Shown: positions 17,865-26,956, counted from the stretch's first letter. The stretch is DNA of 64,000 nucleotides from Gammaproteobacteria bacterium (GCA_036000105.1 DASYGE010000012.1:460436-524435); one strand, 5' to 3'. Program-made: numbers and translations. Notes: generated by a model from the sequence alone, not told the origin.

Positions 17865-18313
17865 TCGGGCTCTTGCAGCGGGTGAGCGAGGCCTCGGTGA
17901 CGGTGGCTGGGGCGAGGGTGGCCGGTATAGGCCGCGGACTCCTGGTGCTCATCGGTGTGGAGCAGGGCGATGGCTTCCCTGAAGCCGACCGCTTGCTGGA
18001 AAGGCTCCTCAGCTACCGTGTGTTCCCCGACAGCGAAGGTCGCATGAACCTGGACCTGACCCAGGTGCAGGGCGGGCTCCTCCTGGTGCCGCAGTTCACC
18101 CTGGCGGCCGATACCCGGAAAGGCAAACGGCCGAGCTTCACGCCGGCGGCCTCGCCTGCCGATGGCGAGCGCCTCTTCAGCTATATATGTGCCCGTGCTG
18201 CCGGCTTGCATAGCCCGGTGGGTTGCGGGGTGTTCGGCGCCGACATGCAGGTGGGCCTCACGAACGACGGACCGGTCACCTTCTGGCTGGAGATGCCGCC
18301 GGATGGGGCTTGA
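17861..18313 (+). CDS. dtd: D-aminoacyl-tRNA deacylase
   Basis: 150 aa. MIGLLQRV N-terminus and C-terminal NDGPVTF motif. GTGA overlap with pip. Confidence 0.9.
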   Translation: MIGLLQRVSEASVTVAGARVAGIGRGLLVLIGVEQGDGFPEADRLLERLLSYRVFPDSEGRMNLDLTQVQGGLLLVPQFTLAADTRKGKRPSFTPAASPADGERLFSYICARAAGLHSPVGCGVFGADMQVGLTNDGPVTFWLEMPPDGA

Positions 18314-18570
18314 GGTGCATTGACGAAGACGGCTTTTGGCCTATGCTATAGAAACGCTCCCCGTGACCGAATCTGAGAACCTTAAGGCACATCTCGCCAG
18401 CGCTCCCCGCAACACCCATGGGTCCCATCCACTACTGAGTCTCCCATGCAATGTCCTGAGCTATTGAGCCACGACAGGGGTATGCCGTGCCCACCGCATA
18501 GGTGTTGCGCGCGCGAGTCTGCACAAGCCCATGGACGGCTTGTGCGGAAATCATATAAAGGACGACTCGC

Positions 18571-19305
18571 ATGTTGTTGATCCCCTCCATGGAACTGAAG
18601 GGCGGCAAGTGCGTGCGCCGCAAGCCAGGCAAGGGCAACGAGACCACGGCCTATGCCGATGATCCGGTGGCGCTGGCACGCCAGTGGGTGAAGGCGGGCG
18701 CGCGGCGCCTGCATGTGAGCGATCTCGACAGTCTCGCTTCCGGCAAACCGGCGCACACGGCGCTCTTGCGGGAGATCGTGGCCGCCTGCCCCGGCGTGCC
18801 GGTGCAGGTGGGCGGCGGCATGCGTAGCGAAGAGACAGTGCTTCCCTATATAGAAGCAGGCGCGGATTTCGTGGTGCTCGGCACCCGTGCCGCCACTGCA
18901 CCCCATCTCGTCAACGATCTCTGTCTCGAATACCCGGGCCACATCATCGTGAGCCTGGACGCCAAGAACGGCAAAGTGGCGGCCGAAGGCTGGTCGAAGA
19001 TGTCGGACACGGACGTGACGGAGGTGGCGGAACACTTCCAGCGGGAAGGCGTAGCCGCCATCGTGTATACCCCGGTGGGTGACGCTGCCGTGGGCGGGAT
19101 GCAGGCGGCGGCGGAAGTGGCACGCGTCCTCGCCATCCCGGTGATCGCCGCAGGCAGCGTGGCTACGCTTGAGGATGTGCGGGCCCTGTGCGGGGCGGTG
19201 GGCCAGGACCTTCTGGGCGCTATCGTCGGCGACGGTCTGAACGGCGGCGCTTTGGACCTAGGCCAGGCGCAGAAGCTCGCCGACAGTCTCAGTACCAAGG
19301 CCTGA
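18571..19305 (+). CDS. divergent HisA/HisF-family TIM-barrel protein
   Basis: 244 aa, alignable by eye to HisA (IPSMELKGGKCV, VQVGGGMRS, SLDAKNGKVAAEGW). Several canonical motif positions are altered. AAGGA RBS. Confidence 0.65.
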   Translation: MLLIPSMELKGGKCVRRKPGKGNETTAYADDPVALARQWVKAGARRLHVSDLDSLASGKPAHTALLREIVAACPGVPVQVGGGMRSEETVLPYIEAGADFVVLGTRAATAPHLVNDLCLEYPGHIIVSLDAKNGKVAAEGWSKMSDTDVTEVAEHFQREGVAAIVYTPVGDAAVGGMQAAAEVARVLAIPVIAAGSVATLEDVRALCGAVGQDLLGAIVGDGLNGGALDLGQAQKLADSLSTKA

Positions 19306-19310
19306 CGCCG

Positions 19311-19329
19311 TTTATTCCTGTTATTCCCG
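19311..19329. repeat. TTTATTCCTGTTATTCCCG direct repeat, copy 1 (two TTATTCC units)
   Basis: Read directly. The partner copy at 19510-19537 has a 9-nt insertion. Confidence 0.8.
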
Positions 19330-19509
19330 CGAGCCGCTTCGCTTGCATTCTGATCGGAAAGGTTTTCCTAACCTTTCCGATTCGCTCGCGCGGTAGAACC
19401 CGTGCGCACCGTCCCCTTCGCATCGTGCTACGGGTCCGACCCAGGGCCGTCTTCCTGACGGCCCGCTCACTGCTGTGCAGTGAGCCCCCGTGTTCAGGTC
19501 CAAGCGGCA

Positions 19510-19537
19510 TTTATTCCAGTAATTGCTGTTATTCCCG
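19510..19537. repeat. TTTATTCCagtaattgCTGTTATTCCCG direct repeat, copy 2
   Basis: Read directly. Same termini as copy 1. Confidence 0.8.
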
Positions 19538-19621
19538 GTATGTTTGCAGGGGTCAGTGCGGGGTAAAATATCCCTCTCTACCACTGCTCCGGACGGGCAA
19601 ACGCGCCCGCAGGTCATTTCC

Positions 19622-19825
19622 ATGGAATTCAGCGTCGGCAAACTCCTCCTGCTCCTCATAATCATCGTGCTGGTATTCGGCACCAGCAAGCTGCCCAAGA
19701 TCGGCGAGGATCTCGGCAAAGCGATGCGCAGCTTCAAGAAAGCCATGCACGACGGTGACAGCCCGGGCGGCAACGCCGGCGGTGACGGCAAGCCCGGCTC
19801 CGGGACCCCGAACGACAAGCATTGA
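19622..19825 (+). CDS. tatA: twin-arginine translocase subunit TatA
   Basis: MEFSVGKLLLLLIIIVLVFGTSKLPKIGEDLGKAMRSFKKAM is the canonical TatA TM plus amphipathic helix. Trimmed from the longer ORF. Confidence 0.9.
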   Translation: MEFSVGKLLLLLIIIVLVFGTSKLPKIGEDLGKAMRSFKKAMHDGDSPGGNAGGDGKPGSGTPNDKH

Positions 19826-19836
19826 TGCCTTAAGCC

Positions 19837-20115
19837 ATGTTCGAGGGCAGCTTCTGGGAACTCTCGCTCATCTTCGTGCTGGCGCTCATCGTCTTCGGAC
19901 CGGAGCGCCTGCCGGGGCTGGCCCGTACCGTGGGCCTGTGGGTGGGCAAAGCGCGCGCCATGTTGCGCAACTTCAACGAGCAGATCGAGCGTGAGCTGGC
20001 GGCCGAAGAGATGAAACGTGCTGCCGCCGCCGCGCGTGGCGGCGTCGAGGCGGCCGCGAGTGAAGTGAAGAGCGTGGTCTCCGATACGGTGAAGCATGGC
20101 GGCCCCAGAGGATAA
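19837..20115 (+). CDS. tatB: twin-arginine translocase subunit TatB
   Basis: MFEGSFWELSLIFVLALIVFGPERLPGLARTVG N-terminus, located between tatA and tatC. Confidence 0.85.
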   Translation: MFEGSFWELSLIFVLALIVFGPERLPGLARTVGLWVGKARAMLRNFNEQIERELAAEEMKRAAAAARGGVEAAASEVKSVVSDTVKHGGPRG

Positions 20116-20884
20116 TCCGCCCGGCGAGTCCATCGTCAGCCCCACGCTGATCGCCCATATCCTGGAGCTGCGCCGCCGGCTGCTGCATTCGGTGGCCACG
20201 CTGCTCATCATCTTCTTCTGCATGTTCCCCTTCCAGAACCGGGTCTTCGAGTGGGTGGCGCGGCCCATGCTGGAGCGCCTGCCGGAAGGCAGCAGCATGA
20301 TCGCCACTGGCGTGGCCTCGCCGTTCATGACGCCCATGAAACTCACCTTGGTGGTGGCGCTGTTCCTCGCGGTGCCGGTGTTTCTCTACCATCTGTGGCG
20401 TTTCATCTCGCCCGCCCTCTATAAGAGCGAGCGACGCATGTTCCTGCCGCTGCTCGTGTCCAGCGTGCTGTTCTTCTATGCAGGCGTGGCCTTCGCGTAC
20501 TTCGTGCTGTTCCCGGTGGCTTTCGCCTTCCTTACCACGGCGGCGCCGGCCGGCGTGAAGGTGATGACTGACATCAACGCGTATCTCGATTTCGTGCTCA
20601 CCATCTTCTTCGCCTTCGGCCTCGCCTTCGAGGTGCCGGTAGCCATCGTGCTCATGGTGTGGGCGGGCTTCGTCTCGCCGCGGCGTCTGAAGAAAGTGCG
20701 GCCCTATGCACTAGTGGGCGCCTTCTTCGTCGGTATGCTCCTGGCGCCGCCGGACGTGGTGTCCATGACGCTCCTGGCGGTGCCCATCTATCTGCTCTAC
20801 GAGATCGGCATGATCATGGCGCGGTTGATGGTGCCTGGCTCCCGGGAGGTGGATGCGCAGCAGGAAGAAGAGAAGCAGGCGTGA
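20096..20884 (+). CDS. tatC: twin-arginine translocase subunit TatC
   Basis: 262 aa six-TM protein. HILELRRRLL N-terminus and PPDVVS motif. Confidence 0.95.
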   Translation: MAAPEDNPPGESIVSPTLIAHILELRRRLLHSVATLLIIFFCMFPFQNRVFEWVARPMLERLPEGSSMIATGVASPFMTPMKLTLVVALFLAVPVFLYHLWRFISPALYKSERRMFLPLLVSSVLFFYAGVAFAYFVLFPVAFAFLTTAAPAGVKVMTDINAYLDFVLTIFFAFGLAFEVPVAIVLMVWAGFVSPRRLKKVRPYALVGAFFVGMLLAPPDVVSMTLLAVPIYLLYEIGMIMARLMVPGSREVDAQQEEEKQA

Positions 20885-21315
20885 GCAGCGTCAGCGTCCG
20901 GCCGGCGGAGATGCAGGACGCTGCCGTCATCGCTACGCTGATGACTCAGCTCGGTTACCCCAGTGACGCAGTGCGGGTGTCCGCCCCTATCGAGCGCGTG
21001 AAGGATGACCAGGGCATCCAGGCATTGGTGGCCGAGCGCGAGGGCCGGGTCATCGGTATGATCAGCCTCATGGTGTTCCCAGCCTTCCATCGTGACGGTC
21101 TGCATAGTTACATCACGGCCCTGGTGGTAGATGAGACCCTGCGTGGCAGCGGAGTGGGGGTCGGCCTGCTCGCGGCGGCAGAAGTCTGGTTTGCGGAACG
21201 AGGCGTCTCGAAGGTGAGTCTCACCACCGTCCTGCACAGGGAGGCAGCACACCGGTTCTATGAGCATCTCGGCTATGGATTCGACGGCCGCCGCTACGTG
21301 AAAGCCCTTTCTTAG
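20881..21315 (+). CDS. GNAT family N-acetyltransferase
   Basis: GTG start overlapping the tatC stop (GTGA). Acetyl-CoA motif LRGSGVGVGLL and HRFYEHLGY. The ATG at 20911 is an alternative start. Confidence 0.75.
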   Translation: MSSVSVRPAEMQDAAVIATLMTQLGYPSDAVRVSAPIERVKDDQGIQALVAEREGRVIGMISLMVFPAFHRDGLHSYITALVVDETLRGSGVGVGLLAAAEVWFAERGVSKVSLTTVLHREAAHRFYEHLGYGFDGRRYVKALS

Positions 21316-21407
21316 GGTAGTTCCCGATAATCCCGAAGGTTTCTGGTTGACGAGGGGTGCCCAAACCGGGATGCTCTGGCGCAACCCTGCTCAATCCGGG
21401 ATCCGCC

Positions 21408-22910
21408 ATGGCTAAGGCCCCGTCCGCCTCCCAGACCAAGACCCTGTTCGGCCATCCGCTGGGTCTCATGAACCTGTTCTTCACCGAGGCCTTCGAACGC
21501 TTCAGCTATTACGGTCTCCGGGCCATGCTGATCCTCTATCTCGGCGATGCGGTCATCAATCACCGCGGCGGTCTCGCCCTCGATGACAAGCAGGCGGCCG
21601 GCATCTATGCGCTCTACGTGGGCTTCGTGTATCTCCTGGCCCTGCCCGGCGGCTGGATAGCCGACCGACTCATCGGGCAGCAGAGAGCGGTGTTCTACGG
21701 CGCGATCCTCATCGCCTTCGGCCAGTTCTCCCTGGCGGTGCCCTCGGGCGGCCTGAGCGGCGCTTGTCTCGGCCTCGTGCTCATCATACTGGGCACCGGC
21801 TTGCTCAAGCCGAACGTCAGCGTGATCGTGGGCCAGCTCTATCCCGAAGGCGGTGTGCGCCGCGACGCGGGCTTCTCCATCTTCTATTCCGGCATAAACC
21901 TGGGTGCCTTCGTGGCGCCGCTGCCGGTGAGCTACGTGGCCGAGACCTACAACTGGCACTGGGGTTACCTGCTCTGCGGCATCGTTATGCTGGGGGGGGC
22001 GTTCTGGTTCCGTTCCACCAAACACTGGTTGATGGGGGCGGGTGCCGAGCCCAGCCACGGCGGCGACCCACGCATGCGGGGCCGGGGCTGGATAGCTGTG
22101 GGCGTGTTCCTCGCGGCGCTCGCGCTGCTCGGCCTGGCGCTCCAACTCGGCTGGCTGCATTTCGACGTGAACACCGCCGCTGGCTACACCGGCTGGGGCA
22201 TCTTCATCGCGGCGGTGCTGTTCTTCGCCTATATCCTGGTGCTGGGCGGGCTCACCACCATCGAGAAGAAGCGGGTGATGGTGATCTTCCTCTTGTTCGC
22301 CGGCGCTGCGCTGTTCTGGACCGGTTTCGAGCAGGCCGGATCTTCCCTGAACATCTTCGGCGAGCGCTATACGGATCGTGACGTGCTGGGATACGTGTTC
22401 CCGGCGGGCTGGTTCCAGAGCGTGCAACCCTTCTTCATCATCACCCTCTCGCCCTTCATCGGCTATCTGTGGTTGAAGCTCGCCACGAAGAATCTCAACC
22501 CCTCCACGCCGGCGAAGTTCGGTCTTGGCCTCATCATGATGGCGGTGGGCTTCCTGGTGATGGTGGGGGCGGCCCACGTGGTGGCGCACGGCGCCCTGGC
22601 GCTGCCTTACTGGCTGATTGTCACGTATTTCTTCCACACCGTCGGCGAGTTGCTGCTAAGTCCCGTTGGCCTGAGCGCCGTCACCAAGCTCGCGCCGCCG
22701 CGCTATGTCAGCCAGATGATGGGTACCTTCTTCATGGGCCTGTCCCTCGGCAACGTGTTCGCGGGCCTCATGGGCGGCAAACTGGATCCCAGCCAGTTGA
22801 GTCAGATGCCCGACGTGTTCATGCAGATCGTGTATCTGGGCGCCGGCGCCGGCCTCCTGTTCCTGGTCTTCTCCCGGCCGATGAGCAAGCTCATGGGCGG
22901 GGTCGAGTGA
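21408..22910 (+). CDS. POT/PTR2 family di-/tripeptide:proton symporter
   Basis: ERFSYYGLRAMLILYL PTR2 signature. About 14 TM helices. Start trimmed to MAKAPSAS. Confidence 0.85.
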   Translation: MAKAPSASQTKTLFGHPLGLMNLFFTEAFERFSYYGLRAMLILYLGDAVINHRGGLALDDKQAAGIYALYVGFVYLLALPGGWIADRLIGQQRAVFYGAILIAFGQFSLAVPSGGLSGACLGLVLIILGTGLLKPNVSVIVGQLYPEGGVRRDAGFSIFYSGINLGAFVAPLPVSYVAETYNWHWGYLLCGIVMLGGAFWFRSTKHWLMGAGAEPSHGGDPRMRGRGWIAVGVFLAALALLGLALQLGWLHFDVNTAAGYTGWGIFIAAVLFFAYILVLGGLTTIEKKRVMVIFLLFAGAALFWTGFEQAGSSLNIFGERYTDRDVLGYVFPAGWFQSVQPFFIITLSPFIGYLWLKLATKNLNPSTPAKFGLGLIMMAVGFLVMVGAAHVVAHGALALPYWLIVTYFFHTVGELLLSPVGLSAVTKLAPPRYVSQMMGTFFMGLSLGNVFAGLMGGKLDPSQLSQMPDVFMQIVYLGAGAGLLFLVFSRPMSKLMGGVE

Positions 22911-22911
22911 G

Positions 22912-24888
22912 GTGATCCGGGTGCGATTCATCTGGGTGCGGCTCGCCGCGGCCTTCGCTTTCAGCGTGCTGGCGCTCGCCGCCTGCTCCCATAAAGCGGA
23001 AGCCCCGGCCGGGCTCGCCGCGAAGCCGGCGGCGGAGGATGCCAAGCGCTTCATCGCTGACGTGGATCGCCGTCTCAAGGAGCTGAGCTTCGAGGATAGC
23101 GAGGCCCAGTGGGTGAACAGCACCTACGAAGATGGCGACACTGACGACATCACAGCCCACGCGGACGACCGCGCCCTGGACTATCTCGGCCAGGCTATCA
23201 CGGAGTCCAAGCGCTTCGACGGCGTGGAGATGGATCCGGACACGGCCCGCCAGTTCAAGCTGCTGCGCCTATCCGCCCCCTTCCTGCCGCCCAACGATCC
23301 GGACAAGCGCCTGGAGATGACGCACACCGCCGCTGAGATGCAGTCCTGGTTCGCCAGCGCCGAGTACTGCCCCAAGGGCAAGGATTCCTGCCAGGATCTG
23401 GAACAACTCCAGGCGGTACTAGGCGATCCCGCCAACTATACCTCCAAGGGTTATGGCGCGATGCTGGATGCTTGGCAGGGCTGGCACGATCTCGCCAAGC
23501 CCATGCGCGACGATTACGCGCGCTTCGTGACCCTCGCGAATCTGGGTGCCCGCGACTCAGGCTACAAGAACGTGGCTGACGTGTGGCAGTCGGGCTACGA
23601 CATGCCGGCTGCGGACTTCGCCAAGGACACGGATCGCCTGTGGGGTCAGGTGAAGCCGCTTTACGATGCCCTGCATTGCTACGTCTATAACCGCCTGACC
23701 GTCACCTACGGCAAGCAGCGCATGGGCAAGGACGGCACCATCCCCGCGCACCTGCTCGGCAACATGTGGGCCCAGGAGTGGACCAAGATCTATCCGCTGG
23801 TACAGCCCTATCCCGGCGTAAAGGGTGCCGACGTGGACGCGGTGCTGCAGCGCCAGTACGACGTGCTGGAGGCGAAGCTGCTGGCCAAGGCTGCGAAGAA
23901 CGACATCGTTGCCGAGTCGGATGCTATCCATGCAGCGCGGCTCGAGATGGCGCGGCAGATGGTGGGCAGCATGCCCGATGGCACGCTCGCACCGGGCTCG
24001 GCGGAGAGCTTCTACCAGTCCATGGGTCTCGAGCCCCTGCCGGCCAGCTTCTGGGAGCGTTCCCAGTTCGTGCGTCCCCGGGACCGGGAAGTGGAATGCC
24101 ATTCCAGCGCCTGGAACCTGGACAGCGGCACGGACCTGCGCTTGCGGGCCTGCCTGCATCCCACCGCCGAGGATCTTTACACGGCGTACCACGAACTCGG
24201 ACACGTGCACTATTACCTTGCCTATCGGGAACAGCCCTATCTCTTCGAGCAGGGCGCCAACGATGGTTTCCACGAAGCCATCGGCGACACCGTGCGGCTC
24301 GCCATCACCCCGGAATACCTGCACCAGGTGGGGCTCGCACCGGCGGCGGAGGACAGCCGTGAGGCGGTCATCAACCGGCAGATGCAGATGGCCCTGGAGA
24401 AGGTGGCGTTCCTGCCCTTCGGCAAGCTCATCGACGAATGGCGCTGGAAGGTGTTCGACGGCGAAGTGAGCTCGGATCACTACAACGCCGTCTGGTGGGA
24501 GCTGCGCCGCGATTACCAGGGCGTGTCACCGCCGGTGGCGCGCGACGAATCGGATTTCGATCCAGGTGCCAAGAGCCATATCGCCGCCAACGTGCCCTAC
24601 ATGCGTTACTTCCTGGCGGACATCTACCAGTTCCAGTTCTACCGTGCGCTTTGCCAGGCGGCGGGCCATGAGGGTCCGCTCTATACCTGCAGCTTCTATG
24701 GCAGCCGCGATGCGGGCAAGAAACTGGAACAGATGCTCGCCATGGGCGCGAGCCGGCCCTGGCAGGACGCCATGCAGGCACTCACGGGTGAGCGCGAGGC
24801 GGACGCCTCGGCCATCATCGATTACTTCGCGCCGCTCAAGTCCTGGCTGGATGATCAGAACAAATCGCAAGTCTGTGCCTGGAAATGA
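22912..24888 (+). CDS. peptidase M2 (bacterial angiotensin-converting-enzyme-like peptidyl-dipeptidase), lipoprotein
   Basis: 658 aa. Lipobox LAACS, HELGHVHYY zinc motif with downstream FHEAIGD, and M2-length architecture. GTG start. Confidence 0.85.
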   Translation: MIRVRFIWVRLAAAFAFSVLALAACSHKAEAPAGLAAKPAAEDAKRFIADVDRRLKELSFEDSEAQWVNSTYEDGDTDDITAHADDRALDYLGQAITESKRFDGVEMDPDTARQFKLLRLSAPFLPPNDPDKRLEMTHTAAEMQSWFASAEYCPKGKDSCQDLEQLQAVLGDPANYTSKGYGAMLDAWQGWHDLAKPMRDDYARFVTLANLGARDSGYKNVADVWQSGYDMPAADFAKDTDRLWGQVKPLYDALHCYVYNRLTVTYGKQRMGKDGTIPAHLLGNMWAQEWTKIYPLVQPYPGVKGADVDAVLQRQYDVLEAKLLAKAAKNDIVAESDAIHAARLEMARQMVGSMPDGTLAPGSAESFYQSMGLEPLPASFWERSQFVRPRDREVECHSSAWNLDSGTDLRLRACLHPTAEDLYTAYHELGHVHYYLAYREQPYLFEQGANDGFHEAIGDTVRLAITPEYLHQVGLAPAAEDSREAVINRQMQMALEKVAFLPFGKLIDEWRWKVFDGEVSSDHYNAVWWELRRDYQGVSPPVARDESDFDPGAKSHIAANVPYMRYFLADIYQFQFYRALCQAAGHEGPLYTCSFYGSRDAGKKLEQMLAMGASRPWQDAMQALTGEREADASAIIDYFAPLKSWLDDQNKSQVCAWK

Positions 24889-24920
24889 AAAAGCCGTCGC
24901 GGCAGTGGCCGCGACGGCTT
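24887..24920. terminator. bidirectional intrinsic terminator between convergent M2 peptidase and OPT genes
   Basis: Perfect 13-bp stem AAGCCGTCGCGGC-agtg-GCCGCGACGGCTT. An A-tract lies on one side, which reads as a U-tract for the minus strand. Confidence 0.6.
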
Positions 24921-24937
24921 GATCGGTGGACTTCCGC

Positions 24938-26956
24938 TTAAGCTAACTTCTCGGTCCAGCGATACAGCAGGAACGTCACCGCTGCGAAGGCGATACCGCC
25001 TATCCACAGGCCGGCGGTGTAGAAGCCGTCGCCCACCACGCCGATGGGGTAGGGGTTGGCAGTGAACACGACCAGTGCCGAGAACACAACCCCCAGCACG
25101 CTTTCGCCCACGATCAGGCCCGAGGCCAAGAGCACACCCAGCTGCTTCAAGGCTTCTGCCTTCTTCTTGGGATGTCTCTCTGCACGTTTGTCGAACCACC
25201 AGCCCACCACGGCACCCACGGTGATCATCAGCGTCGAGGCGGTGGGGAGGTAGATGCCGAGGCCCACGGCCAAGGGCGGCAGGCGTACGGATTTCGTGGT
25301 CTTGACCAGCACAGCATCCACCACGATGCAGGCGATGCCGATGAAGACGCCGGTGATGATGAGCCACCAGTCCACGTTGTTCTGGATCACGCCTGAGCCC
25401 AATGCCGAGATCAGCCCCGCCTGGGGCGCCGGTAGGGCATGGGCCGGGTTAACGCCCGGGGCGCCCAGGAAGCCGTAGGCCTTGTTCACCAGATCTAGCA
25501 CCGGCGGGATCACCATCGCACCGGCGAGCACGCCGATGACCAGCGCCCACTGTTGCTTGTAAGGCGTGGCATCCACCAACTGGCCAGTCTTGAGATCCTG
25601 CAGGTTGTTGTTAGCGATGGCCGCCACGCAGAACACGATGGCGGTGACGAAGAGCGCATAAGCCACCAGCGCCTTGCCCATCTCCGGCGGCAGAGAGGAT
25701 TTCACCGTGGCCACCAGGAACAGGGCGGTGATGGCCACTACCAGGATGCCGATGCCCGACAAGGGGCTATTCGAAGCGCCGATCAACCCCGCCATGTAAC
25801 CGCAGACCGTGGACACCAGGAAGCCGATGACCACCACGATGATGATGCCGCCGACGGTCAGCAGCAGGGCGTGCTCGCCCAAGCCCGCGCCGGTGGCGAA
25901 GTTCCACAACAGCCAGCAGATGGGCAGGATGCAGAGGAGCGAGACGATACCCACTTGGTCCACCGGTATGTCGAGTTCAGTGCGTGCCAGGTTCGCGCCC
26001 TTGCCGGTCTTGCGTGCCTTCGAGGAAGCTATAGCGCCCTTGAGGCCGCCGATCACCGGCTTGATGAGCTTGATGAGGGTCCAGATGGCGGAGATGGCGA
26101 TGGCGCCGGCGCCTACGAAGCGCACGTAGTGGCTCCAGGTGCCCTGAGCCAAGTCCGCCGCCGCACCGGCGGCCGGATGCAGCGCACTGAAATGGGGCAC
26201 GCCCCAGGCCCAGCCTATGATCGCACCCACGAACATGGCGATGCCCACGGTGATGCCCACCAGGTGGCCGATACCGAACAGGGCGAAGGAGAGTGCGAAA
26301 TCGAAGCCGCTGGCGGGAGCCTTGTCGTCGTCGCCGAAGCGGAAGAAGCTCACCACGTCGCTGGCGAAGAGCCGGGTCTGCACCACCACGAGGAACAAGG
26401 CCGAGGCTATCGAGCCGGCGAGCACGGCCTTGAGGCCGGCGCCGCCCGATTCCACAGAATCATCTCCCTTGCCGGAGCCCGAACCCACCTTGATCACCTC
26501 GGCGCAGGCGGTACCTTCCGGATAAGGCAGGTCGGAGTCGGTGACCAGCGCCCGGCGCAGGGGGATCGAGTACATCACGCCGAGTATGCCGCCGGTGGCG
26601 CAGATGGCGGCGGATTCCCAGAACGGGAATCCCGTCCACCAGCCGATCATGATGAAACCGGGTAGCACGAAGATGATGGAGGACAAGGTGCCGGCCGCCG
26701 AGGCGACGGTCTGCACGATGTTGTTCTCCTGGGCGGTGGCGTTGCCGAGCCAGCGCAAGAGCGCCATGGAGATGACCACAGCGGGTATCGAGGTGGAGAA
26801 GGTGAGGCCGGCCTTGAGGCCGAAGTACACGTTCGCCGCCGTGAAGATCACACACAGGATGATGCCGATGATCATCCCGCGGATGGTGAATTCAGTGAGC
26901 GGTTTGTTGAGAGCTTTATTGAGCGGCTTGGCGCTGGTACGCGATTTCTTTTTCAT
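24938..26956 (-). CDS. OPT family oligopeptide transporter
   Basis: Start trimmed to MKKKSRTSAKPL. About 16 TM helices. TIRGMIIGIILCVIFTAANVYFGLKAGLTFSTSIPAAV-type OPT N-terminus. Confidence 0.85.
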   Translation of the reverse strand: MKKKSRTSAKPLNKALNKPLTEFTIRGMIIGIILCVIFTAANVYFGLKAGLTFSTSIPAVVISMALLRWLGNATAQENNIVQTVASAAGTLSSIIFVLPGFIMIGWWTGFPFWESAAICATGGILGVMYSIPLRRALVTDSDLPYPEGTACAEVIKVGSGSGKGDDSVESGGAGLKAVLAGSIASALFLVVVQTRLFASDVVSFFRFGDDDKAPASGFDFALSFALFGIGHLVGITVGIAMFVGAIIGWAWGVPHFSALHPAAGAAADLAQGTWSHYVRFVGAGAIAISAIWTLIKLIKPVIGGLKGAIASSKARKTGKGANLARTELDIPVDQVGIVSLLCILPICWLLWNFATGAGLGEHALLLTVGGIIIVVVIGFLVSTVCGYMAGLIGASNSPLSGIGILVVAITALFLVATVKSSLPPEMGKALVAYALFVTAIVFCVAAIANNNLQDLKTGQLVDATPYKQQWALVIGVLAGAMVIPPVLDLVNKAYGFLGAPGVNPAHALPAPQAGLISALGSGVIQNNVDWWLIITGVFIGIACIVVDAVLVKTTKSVRLPPLAVGLGIYLPTASTLMITVGAVVGWWFDKRAERHPKKKAEALKQLGVLLASGLIVGESVLGVVFSALVVFTANPYPIGVVGDGFYTAGLWIGGIAFAAVTFLLYRWTEKLA

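Larger units (their letters stand above)
19306..19621 (-). ncRNA. candidate GGA-rich structured RNA antisense to the tatA leader; boundaries and existence unproven
   Basis: The plus strand has 13 TCC vs 2 GGA, so the minus strand is GGA-rich. Minus-strand hairpins present AGGAA (19444-19464) and UAGGAAA (19353-19381) in their loops. GGGAAUAACAGGAAUAAA-type repeats lie at both ends. No clear terminator. Confidence 0.2.

Noticed and set aside
19311-19537. Direct repeats flanking ~180 bp as target-site duplications or ends of a MITE/IS remnant.
   Set aside because: There are no terminal inverted repeats and no transposase fragment. The repeats are imperfect in length (19 vs 28 nt). Repeated binding or RNA motifs are more likely.
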